In this document: positions 8,820 to 16,756 of the stretch, in pieces | Layout: every line of letters starts with the position of its first letter | Numbering within the stretch: position 1 is the stretch's first letter | Assembly: GCA_035488835.1 (NCBI GenBank) | Contig: DATHKX010000057.1 | Span: forward strand, 21,149-85,148 | DNA length: 64,000 nucleotides | Direction of reading: 5' to 3' | Origin: Gemmatimonadales bacterium | GTDB taxonomy: Bacteria; Gemmatimonadota; Gemmatimonadetes; Gemmatimonadales; GWC2-71-9 | The notes under the pieces: model-generated | Told to the model about the DNA's origin: nothing | What the model saw: the letters and a program-made list of their open reading frames with translations, nothing else | Databases searched by the model: none | Made by a program: the position numbers and the translations under genes

Positions 8820-10429
8820 CCGCGGCGGACCTGCTCCACGAAGGTCGCGCCCGAGAGCGGGCGGCTCGGATTCCCGAGGCGATCGCGTCGTACGAGGCGG
8901 CGATCGCCGCGGCGGAGCCCGCGGGAGAGGATGCGGCGTTGGCCGAGGCGCTGCGGCGCCTCGCCATCGTGCGCCACCGCCGGGGCGACTCCGCCGACGC
9001 GCGGGGGCTGTGCCGCCGCAGCCACGCGGTGGCGCTCCAGGCCGGTAACACCGTGCTCGCGGGCGAAGCGCTCAACACGCTCGGCGGGATCGACCTGGAG
9101 ACGGACGCCGTCGCCGATGCCCGCGAGAATTTCCTCCGCGCCCTGGAGCTGGGTGGGCAGAGTCGCGAGCTGCGCGCACGGGTGGAGCAGAACCTCGGCA
9201 TCCTCGCGAACATCCAAGGCGACTTCGACGAAGCGGTGGCGCGCTACGGGCGGTCCCTCGAGGCGTATCGCGCGTCCAACGACGAGCATGGCTGCGCGAT
9301 CGCCTATCACAACCTCGGCATGGCGAGCGCGGACCTGCAGCAATTCGACGAAGCGGAGCGCTACTTCCTGCAGAGCTACGAGATCGCCGAGCGCGCGGGC
9401 GACGTGCACCTCCAGGGCCTGTGCCTGGTCAACCACGCCGACGTGCATCTCGTGCGGGGGCGCTATGAGGACGCGCGGCGCAACGCGGAGGCCGCGCTCG
9501 TCACGTTCGATCGGCTCGACGCGCTCAGCGACAAGGCCAACGCGTATCGCGTTCTCGGCATGGTGTTCCGCGAGACCGGCCGGCCCGTGCTCGCCGAGGC
9601 GCGGCTGCGGTCAGCGATCGAGCTGGCGGTGAGTGCGGGCGCGGCATTGAACGAGGCGGAGGCCTCGCGCGAGCTGGCCCTGCTCCACCAGGCGATGGGG
9701 CGCAACCAGGAGGCGCTGAGCCTGCTCAACGCCGCGCATCGCCTGTTCGGGCGGCTCGACGCGCGTCGCGAGCTGGTCCATGTCGATGGCAAGATGGCCG
9801 AGCTCGAGGCCACCTACCTCGCGGTGGTGCGCGAGTGGGGCCAGTCCATCGAGTCCGCCGACCCCTACACCTTCGGCCACTGCGAGCGCGTGGCGCGGCA
9901 TGGCGTGGCCGTGGCCCGGGCGCTCGGGATGGACGAGCACGCCCAGACGACGCTCCGGCTCGGCGCCTACCTCCACGACCTGGGAAAAGTGCGCGTGCCG
10001 CACGAGATCCTGAGCAAGCCCGGCCCGCTGACACGCGACGAGCTCGAGGTGGTGCAGATGCATCCGATCTGGGGGATCGAGCTCCTCGCGAGCGTCGAGT
10101 TCCCCTGGGACTTGAAGCCCATCATCCGCTGGCACCACGAGCGCTATGATGGCACGGGATACCCGGATCGCCTGCGGGGAGACGAGATCCCACTTTCCGC
10201 GCAAGTCGTGGGGATCGCGGACGTCTACGACGCGCTCACCACCGCGCGTCCCTACCGGCCGGCCTTCTCCCGTGGGGCGGCGCTCAAGCAGATCGAGAGC
10301 TGCCGTGGGTTTTGGTCGAAGGCCGTGTATGGCGCCTTCGTCGCTTCGCTGGGCCAACCAGAAGCGCCGATGCGGGCGCACCCGCTACACGGCATAGTTG
10401 CGTCTCCGCCACACGCGGCCCGTCGCTAA
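8816..10429 (+). CDS. TPR module fused to an HD-GYP domain (cyclic-dinucleotide phosphodiesterase family)
   Basis: An in-frame GTG start overlaps the upstream stop (GTGA). The N-terminal TPR module is colinear with the 6184-8274 modules (QNLGILANIQGD, AYHNLGMASADL). The C-terminus has HDLGK...HHERYDGTGYP, the HD-GYP signature. Confidence 0.85.
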   Translation: MTAADLLHEGRARERAARIPEAIASYEAAIAAAEPAGEDAALAEALRRLAIVRHRRGDSADARGLCRRSHAVALQAGNTVLAGEALNTLGGIDLETDAVADARENFLRALELGGQSRELRARVEQNLGILANIQGDFDEAVARYGRSLEAYRASNDEHGCAIAYHNLGMASADLQQFDEAERYFLQSYEIAERAGDVHLQGLCLVNHADVHLVRGRYEDARRNAEAALVTFDRLDALSDKANAYRVLGMVFRETGRPVLAEARLRSAIELAVSAGAALNEAEASRELALLHQAMGRNQEALSLLNAAHRLFGRLDARRELVHVDGKMAELEATYLAVVREWGQSIESADPYTFGHCERVARHGVAVARALGMDEHAQTTLRLGAYLHDLGKVRVPHEILSKPGPLTRDELEVVQMHPIWGIELLASVEFPWDLKPIIRWHHERYDGTGYPDRLRGDEIPLSAQVVGIADVYDALTTARPYRPAFSRGAALKQIESCRGFWSKAVYGAFVASLGQPEAPMRAHPLHGIVASPPHAARR

Positions 10430-10518
10430 AGCATAGCAGCGCGCGGCACCTCTCTTGCGGCCCCGCCACAACCGGCTGCAGCACTTTCCGGTGGGGGTCC
10501 ATCACAGAGGGGGATTCC

Positions 10519-11952
10519 ATGAAACGTTGGCTACTTGCCGCCGCGCTGCTCGCCGGCGCGGCGTGCGACTCGCAGCGCGAACCCGCGGCACCGAGCCGCA
10601 CCGTCGATCCCGCGCTCACGGCGGCGCTCGCGACCGTCACGCCGAGCGACAGGCTGGTGGTGATCGTCAACTACGACGAAACGGCGACCACGTCGGATGC
10701 GATGAGCGCGGCCATCATGAACGTCGGCTCCGGCGTGATCCAGTTCAACAACCTGGACCTCGTGGCCGCCTTCGCCACGCCGGCCGAGATCACGGCGATC
10801 AGCGCGCTGCCGGGCGTGCAGGGCGTGTACGCGAACAAGCAGCTCAGGTACTCGATGCTGCACGAGAGCGTCCCGACCATCCGAGCCGATGCGGTCCACG
10901 CATCGGGCATCACCGGAAAAGGCGTCGGGATCGCCATCCTCGACTCGGGGATCGACGGGTTGTACAACCCCGACCTGCACTATCCCGACAAGACGGTCCA
11001 GAACATCAAGGTGATCGCGAACCTCACCGATCTGTTCACGTTCAAGGGCTCGATCAACAAGACCGCGAAGGCAGCGAACCTGTTCGTCGAGAATCTGCCC
11101 AACAGCGAGACTTCGGTCGGCCACGGCACCCACGTCGCCGGCATCGCGGCGGGCCTGGGCACGGCGTCCGGGGGCTATTACACGGGGGTCGCGCCGGGGG
11201 CGAAGCTCATCGGCATCGGGACGGGCGACATCCTGTTCATCTTCTGGGCCCTGGCGGGCTTCGACTACATCCTCGATCACCAGCAGGCCTACAACATCAA
11301 GGTTGTGAACAACTCCTGGGGAACGAGCGGTCCGTTCGATCCGAAGGATCCGATCAACAAGGCGACGAAGAAAGTGGCCAGCAAGGGCATCACGGTCGTG
11401 TTCGCCGCGGGGAACGACGGCCCCGATCAGAACACGCTCAATCCGTACAGCGTGGCGCCCTGGGTGATCGGCGTGGCGGCGGGCTGCAAGAATCTGCCCG
11501 ATCCGACCAACTCCGCAATCCACTGCGCCGATCAGACGGGACAGAATCGGGCCGCGGTGCTGGCCGACTTCTCGTCGCGGGGCATCCCCGGTGATCCGAT
11601 GTACCATCCCGACGTCACCGCGCCGGGCGTGCACATCGTGTCCACCCGCGCCTCGACCGGCACGGTGCTCAACGCCAGCGACGCGAACCACGACTTCGAT
11701 CTGACGAGCAGCTGCGCCATCAGCTTGGCGAACGAGCAGTATTACACCTGCGCGTCCGGCACCTCGATGGCGACCCCCCACGTCGTCGGCGTGGTGGCGC
11801 TGATGCAGGAAGCGGCAGGGGGGCGCCTGACGCCCAATCAGATCGCGTCGGTCCTGACGCAGACGGCGCGCCCGCTCCCGGGGTTTGCTCTATGGGAAGT
11901 GGGAGCGGGGTACGTGGACGCGCTGGCCGCGGTGAACGCGGTACGGCGGTAG
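10519..11952 (+). CDS. Exported subtilisin-like serine protease (peptidase S8)
   Basis: RBS agagggggA upstream. Signal/lipobox MKRWLLAAALLAGAAC. Catalytic triad contexts AILDSGID, HGTHVAGIAAG and SGTSMATPHVVG are all present. Confidence 0.9.
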   Translation: MKRWLLAAALLAGAACDSQREPAAPSRTVDPALTAALATVTPSDRLVVIVNYDETATTSDAMSAAIMNVGSGVIQFNNLDLVAAFATPAEITAISALPGVQGVYANKQLRYSMLHESVPTIRADAVHASGITGKGVGIAILDSGIDGLYNPDLHYPDKTVQNIKVIANLTDLFTFKGSINKTAKAANLFVENLPNSETSVGHGTHVAGIAAGLGTASGGYYTGVAPGAKLIGIGTGDILFIFWALAGFDYILDHQQAYNIKVVNNSWGTSGPFDPKDPINKATKKVASKGITVVFAAGNDGPDQNTLNPYSVAPWVIGVAAGCKNLPDPTNSAIHCADQTGQNRAAVLADFSSRGIPGDPMYHPDVTAPGVHIVSTRASTGTVLNASDANHDFDLTSSCAISLANEQYYTCASGTSMATPHVVGVVALMQEAAGGRLTPNQIASVLTQTARPLPGFALWEVGAGYVDALAAVNAVRR

Positions 11953-12611
11953 GGCGATAAGGGGGGCGGGGGCGGCTCGAGTCGACTGAGCGCGGAGAGG
12001 TTGCGACCGATCCGCACCGCCACCATCACGAACATCCCGACGACGAGCGCGACCGCCGCGCCGGTGGCGATCGGCGCGACGGCCGCGCCTGGCCCGCTCA
12101 GAGCCAGCGCGATGTTGGCAGCGACGAGGACGATCCGAGCTTCGGTCGGGCCGATCCGGCTGTACCCCAGCCGGAACACGCCGAAGGCCTGGGACTCGAG
12201 ATAGATGTTGATCGACAGGATGAGGTAGGCGAGCACGCCCGCCAGCGCCACGCCCAGATCCACATAGGGAGACAGGCCGATCCCCGCGCCGATCGCCGCC
12301 GTCGAGAACGCATCGACGACATGGTCCAGGTAGTAGCCGTAGCGCGGCCGCTCCGCACGGCGCACGCGCGCGAGCGTTCCGTCCAGACTGTCGCCGAACC
12401 AATTCACCACCAGCAAGGCGCTCGCCGCCCACAGCCACGCCGCGCTCAGGGTGGAAAGCGCGTACGCCACTCCCGTGCCGAGCGCGCCCACCATCCCGAG
12501 GACGGTCAGGCCGTCGGAGGTCATCCACGGCGGCAACCGGGCCGCGATGGCGCGGAGCAGCCACCGCTCGGGCTCGGCGAGCAGGAACGTCAGCTCGCGG
12601 CGCGCCGCCAC
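11838..12611 (-). CDS. CDP-alcohol phosphatidyltransferase family protein (GTG start inferred)
   Basis: The motif DSLDGTLARVRRAERPRYGYYLDHVVD fits D-G-x2-A-R-x8-G-x3-D-x3-D. The protein is multi-pass hydrophobic. The start was chosen at an in-frame GTG overlapping the stop of the upstream gene. The track ORF extends to 12896, but that would overlap the upstream gene. Confidence 0.72.
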   Translation of the reverse strand: MAARRELTFLLAEPERWLLRAIAARLPPWMTSDGLTVLGMVGALGTGVAYALSTLSAAWLWAASALLVVNWFGDSLDGTLARVRRAERPRYGYYLDHVVDAFSTAAIGAGIGLSPYVDLGVALAGVLAYLILSINIYLESQAFGVFRLGYSRIGPTEARIVLVAANIALALSGPGAAVAPIATGAAVALVVGMFVMVAVRIGRNLSALSRLEPPPPPLSPYRRTAFTAASASTYPAPTSHRANPGSGRAVCVRTDAI

Positions 12612-13141
12612 CAGACCATCCGGAGCGAGGGGATCATCAAGAGCGCGAACAGGGCGACCATGATCCACACCGGGACTTGCACGGCGGCACCGAGCCATGC
12701 GAGCAGGGCATAGCGCGGTAGGCAGCGCGCCGCCACGGCGGCGGTGTATTTGCCGGCCGGGCAACCGGTCGCGAACGCCAGGGCTTTGAAGGGGAAGAAC
12801 GGCAGCGGTGTCAGACCCGACAGCGCGATCGTTACAAAGGGGAAGCGACGGAACAACCGCTCGGGCCACGTCCTCACCCCCTGGCCCCCTCTCCACTGAT
12901 CGCGCGCCATCCGCGCGATCAGGGGTACGAACATTCGGTGGTCCGCGACGGCGGCGAGCATCGTGCCCGCCGTCGCGACGAGGGTCGTGGTCCAGACGCC
13001 GAGCCGCGGCCCATACCAGATGATGGCGGGCTCGTGCGGCACAAAGGCGAGGGCGATGTTGGACAGGAACGCGTACGCGAAGAGCAGCGCGGCGGAGGTC
13101 GCGGGGGGATGCATGACCCGATATTCGCGCGCCGCTTTCAA
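12590..13141 (-). CDS. DedA/VTT-domain-like membrane protein
   Basis: 183-aa polytopic ORF. The pattern FVPHEPAIIWYG...LSGLTPLPFFPFKALAFATG resembles SNARE-associated/DedA family proteins. The assignment is tentative. Confidence 0.55.
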   Translation of the reverse strand: MKAAREYRVMHPPATSAALLFAYAFLSNIALAFVPHEPAIIWYGPRLGVWTTTLVATAGTMLAAVADHRMFVPLIARMARDQWRGGQGVRTWPERLFRRFPFVTIALSGLTPLPFFPFKALAFATGCPAGKYTAAVAARCLPRYALLAWLGAAVQVPVWIMVALFALLMIPSLRMVWWRRAAS

Positions 13142-13156
13142 GCAGACGTCAAGACG

Positions 13157-13894
13157 CTACCGCACGTCGAACTCCGCCGTGATGTCGTAGTCGTCCACGT
13201 CGCAGATCCCCACGTGCGCGTAATAGTGTCCCGGCCGGGCCGCGGCTTCCTCGGGGAAGTGGATGGCGTCCCGGAACCGCCCGCCGCGCTGCATGGTGAA
13301 GCGTCGGGCGTCCGGGCTCGGCACGATCGTCGTGGTGTCCCACACCGTGACCCCTTCGTGCGACTTAACGGCGATGCACAGGAATCGGTTGTTCTGGAGG
13401 ATGAAGAAGATCGGCGCGGCGCGCCGGTTGAGGATGGTGTACACGAGCATCGGATTCACGCCCGTCGGGCTGCCGGCGTCGTCCTTCCAGCTGAAGCGAT
13501 TGGGGATCACGGAGAGCGTAACGTCGGCGTGGAGGGTCACGCCCCTGTCCACGGTCCCCCGGGCCGTTCCCGGTGGGTCGAGCTCCTTGGCGTTTTCCAC
13601 CTCCATGCCGATGCTGGGATCGCCGCGTTCCGGGAGACGCGTGACCCGCCCACTGGCCTCGATGTACCGATTGAGGTAGCGACCCCAGCGCTCCGGTTTA
13701 CCGACCACCGGCACCACGTACGTCCGCGTACCGAGCACACGGAGCGGCAGCGGGACCACGATCGTCCACACGCCGAACTCGTTGTCCCGCTGGAGGAACC
13801 CTTGGATGGTCAGCGCGGTGTCGACCGACTCCTGCGTGGCCGCGGGTGCGGCGGTGCAGACGAGGAGAGCGAGTACGAGGGCGCGTTCGCGCAT
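13157..13894 (-). CDS. Secreted hypothetical protein
   Basis: Signal peptide MRERALVLALLVCTAAPAATQ. 245-aa ORF with host-like codon bias. No family recognised. Confidence 0.55.
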   Translation of the reverse strand: MRERALVLALLVCTAAPAATQESVDTALTIQGFLQRDNEFGVWTIVVPLPLRVLGTRTYVVPVVGKPERWGRYLNRYIEASGRVTRLPERGDPSIGMEVENAKELDPPGTARGTVDRGVTLHADVTLSVIPNRFSWKDDAGSPTGVNPMLVYTILNRRAAPIFFILQNNRFLCIAVKSHEGVTVWDTTTIVPSPDARRFTMQRGGRFRDAIHFPEEAAARPGHYYAHVGICDVDDYDITAEFDVR

Positions 13895-14154
13895 GCAACA
13901 ATTCTCCGCCGAATGCCGCCCGTCCGCTAGGGCGTTTTTGCGGCACGAGGGGGCGGGGATGCGACAGGGCGGCCTGTGGCGGGGCGCAGCGCGACCCGCC
14001 CGGCAGCTTCATGGATGGATTGTTCCCTCGAGCGCGGACGAGGGGACGAAGGCTCGCAATCAACTCCGAAACGTACCAGCGAGCGTATCGGCCGCTCGGC
14101 GGCTGGCGTCAGAAGGATGCACGAGCCGCCAAGGGGCCAGCCACAGACGTCCGC

Positions 14155-14676
14155 TCAGTGAGCCCCATTGGGCATGACCTCATGGTGAGCGGCGTGATGC
14201 TCGGTGCGTTGGAAGGCCAGGAACGCGTGGATGGCCGCGACGGCTGCCGAGTCTGTGGTCCACATGCGAACCTCGGCGCCGCGTGGACGATCGGTAGCCT
14301 CATAGGTGATCTTGCTGCCGCGAGCCGCCATGACCGAGGTACCTGGGACTACGCGGGCATGCACCTGGAACGGTCTGGCAAAGTCTCCGGCTCGAAACGC
14401 CGTCGCGATGTCGCGCATGTGGTGTCGGATCGCGACGATCCCGGCGGTGTCAGAGAGATTGTCAGCGTCAAGGACGATGCGGCCACCATCCCCAAGGTCC
14501 TCAAAAACATGCGCCGATGCGTATTGATCCACGCCCATGACGGTTTGACCGCGTGCCTGCAGGGCCGCGAACGCGCTGTCCGATTGGTGTCTAACAGATT
14601 CGCCCCCGCGCTCGCAGTTGGCGAAAGCGATAATCAGGGCGAGGGTCGAGATCTTCGCGGCGTAGTTTCTTGTCAT
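14155..14676 (-). CDS. Hypothetical lipoprotein with His-rich C-terminus
   Basis: An internal ATG gives MTRNYAAKISTLALIIAFANC (lipobox). The C-terminus reads HHAAHHEVMPNGAH. The track ORF starts at 14739. Confidence 0.5.
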   Translation of the reverse strand: MTRNYAAKISTLALIIAFANCERGGESVRHQSDSAFAALQARGQTVMGVDQYASAHVFEDLGDGGRIVLDADNLSDTAGIVAIRHHMRDIATAFRAGDFARPFQVHARVVPGTSVMAARGSKITYEATDRPRGAEVRMWTTDSAAVAAIHAFLAFQRTEHHAAHHEVMPNGAH

Positions 14677-15009
14677 GGATGGCTCGGGGGCGCCTTGCGG
14701 ATCGCGCCTAAGCTGCGGGCGAAGGGCTGGCCGGCGCAAGTACGGTGAAGGGCTGCTCCCTTCACCGAATCCGTCGTCGTTCTTCTTGCCGCTAAACGTA
14801 GACCGCTAATCTGTTGCGATCGTTAGGCCATCGCAGCCCCGCGCGTTGTCGGCCGAGGGCGATTCCGCTACGCCTCGACGTAAATCCGTTACGCGGTGAT
14901 CGGGATCACGACGCGTTCGCCCTGTGGGTGCTATCAACCAGTGAGCGTGCCGTGTTCAATTCGTCCTGCGAATGTCGCAAAAGGGACGGGCGTTGCTGCA
15001 TTCTGGGAA

Positions 15010-15051
15010 TGGTCGCGACAGGACTCCAACCTGTGACCTCTGGCATGTGAG
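15010..15051 (-). other. tRNA-like 3'-half fragment (anticodon loop to discriminator; Val-CAC-like)
   Basis: Reverse complement reads CTCACAT-GCCAG-AGGTC-ACAGG-TTGGAGT-CCTGT-CGCGACC-A. The T-arm is 16/17 identical to the tRNA-Ser(UGA) T-arm at 18168-18184. No matching 5' anticodon-stem strand or acceptor strand lies upstream. The T-loop has G where the conserved C56 is expected. Confidence 0.35.
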
Positions 15052-15093
15052 AGTCGTAGTTCTCGTGATGCCAACAAAGAGTGGAGGAAAACC

Positions 15094-15942
15094 ATGGCAT
15101 ACCAGGCCGAAATCAGTCGTAAGAACCCGGGTTGTTTCTTGTTTTTGGTGGACCAGTCAGAGTCGATGGAAGACCCTTTTGGCGGCGGAGAGGCTGGCAG
15201 ACAGAAGGCCGAAGAGCTCGCGACGATACTCAACAAGCTCATTCATAACCTGTGCATCCGTTGCTCCAAGTCGGACTCTATGTACGACTACTTTCATGTC
15301 GGTGTGCTGGGCTACAGCGAAGCGAGCTGTAAACCAGCGCTCGGCGGTGAACTGAGCGGGCGCTCTCTGGTACCGATCAGTGAATTGGCCAATAAGCCGT
15401 TGCGCATCGAAGACAGGGTAAAGAAATCGGACGATGGCGCCGGCGGAGTCATGGACCAAACCGTCAAATTTCCAGTCTGGTTCGATCCATACTCGAAGGG
15501 GGGCACTCCGATGTGCGCCGCGCTCAAGGAGGCAACCCAGATTACCCAGACGTGGTGTCAGGAGCATCCGAACGGCTTTCCGCCGATCGTTATCAACATC
15601 ACCGACGGCGAGGCAACGGATGGAGATCTCGTTGCCGAGGCGCGTAAATTAACGGCGGTCAGTGGCGAAGACGGTTCGGTGTTGCTCTTCAACATCCATC
15701 TTTCGTCGACGGCCGGACCATCGATCGAATTACCGGGCAACGGCAACAAACTGCCGGATCAACATGCCAAACAGCTCTTTGAAGCCTCATCGACGCTCAC
15801 ACCATTCATGGTTGCACGCGCGACAGAGCTGGGTATGCCGGCCGAGGAAAACTCTCGAGGATTCATCTTTAACGCGCAACCGTTGCACGTAATCCATTTT
15901 CTCGATATCGGCACGCGACCGGCGAATGTGCATCTGCGCTGA
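15094..15942 (+). CDS. von Willebrand factor A (vWA) domain protein, TerY-like
   Basis: RBS GGAGG upstream. MIDAS elements are present: DQSES (DxSxS), GGTPM and the TDGEATDG Asp. 282 aa. Confidence 0.85.
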   Translation: MAYQAEISRKNPGCFLFLVDQSESMEDPFGGGEAGRQKAEELATILNKLIHNLCIRCSKSDSMYDYFHVGVLGYSEASCKPALGGELSGRSLVPISELANKPLRIEDRVKKSDDGAGGVMDQTVKFPVWFDPYSKGGTPMCAALKEATQITQTWCQEHPNGFPPIVINITDGEATDGDLVAEARKLTAVSGEDGSVLLFNIHLSSTAGPSIELPGNGNKLPDQHAKQLFEASSTLTPFMVARATELGMPAEENSRGFIFNAQPLHVIHFLDIGTRPANVHLR

Positions 15943-15953
15943 GTACCACTGCA

Positions 15954-16754
15954 ATGGGCACCTCCGGCGGTGAAGCACGCCACGCGGCCAACGAGTGCGA
16001 CATCAAGGTCTTCTGCTGCCCAAAGCTGGGCAACAGCCTTGAGGAGTACGAGGATGCCTGGGCGCATCGGCAAACTCGTCCCCCGGTCGGCATCCGCGTG
16101 GCGGTGGCTGACGGCGCCACCGAAAGCAGTTTTGCCAAGCTATGGGCCGTGCTGTTGGCCGAAAGCTATGTGCGAAGTGAGGTCACCGGGGCAGAGTTTT
16201 TTGCGCGGTTGAACCCGGCGCGCCGCCTCTGGCGGCGAAGATTAGCGGGCCGACCTCTCCCCTGGTTCGCTAGCGAAAAGGCCGAGCAGGGGGCCTTTGC
16301 GGCTTTCCTCGGTGTCCAGATTGACGCTCACACGAACCGTTGGACGGCGCTGGCCATGGGCGACTGTTGTCTTATGCAGCTCGATAACGTCGGGAAAAGG
16401 ATGCGGGTGGTCGAAACGTTTCCCTTACAGAAATCTTCGCAATTCACGATGAGCCCTTATCTGATCGGCTCCAGGTCGAATGGGGAATCACTGAACGAAC
16501 GGATACAAATCAGCAAGGGCAGCCTGCGCGATGGAGACATGCTGCTGCTCGCCACGGATGCGATGGCCGCCTGGCTGCTTAAACGGCATGAAGAGGGGCG
16601 ACCATTATGGAATTGGCTTTACCGGAAGCTCGGCACGCCTGAGAGCTTTGCCGCGATCGTCGCCTACGGCCGCAAAAATGGATTGCGCAACGACGACTTC
16701 ACCCTTGTCCGTGTCATTCATCACGATTCACGGGTTGAAGCGAAGGAGAGGTAG
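15954..16754 (+). CDS. PP2C-family protein phosphatase-like protein
   Basis: Metal-binding-type motifs EEYEDAW, VAVADGATES, AMGDCCL and LLLATDAMAAW occur in PP2C order. The gene starts 11 nt after the vWA gene. Confidence 0.72.
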   Translation: MGTSGGEARHAANECDIKVFCCPKLGNSLEEYEDAWAHRQTRPPVGIRVAVADGATESSFAKLWAVLLAESYVRSEVTGAEFFARLNPARRLWRRRLAGRPLPWFASEKAEQGAFAAFLGVQIDAHTNRWTALAMGDCCLMQLDNVGKRMRVVETFPLQKSSQFTMSPYLIGSRSNGESLNERIQISKGSLRDGDMLLLATDAMAAWLLKRHEEGRPLWNWLYRKLGTPESFAAIVAYGRKNGLRNDDFTLVRVIHHDSRVEAKER

Positions 16755-16756
16755 CG

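Noticed and set aside
14744-14766. A 9-bp-stem hairpin (ggtgaaggg-ctgct-cccttcacc) at the left edge of the island, considered as a terminator.
   Set aside because: No U-tract follows it on either strand and no gene ends next to it in either orientation. It may be a structural scar, but calling it a terminator is unsupported.
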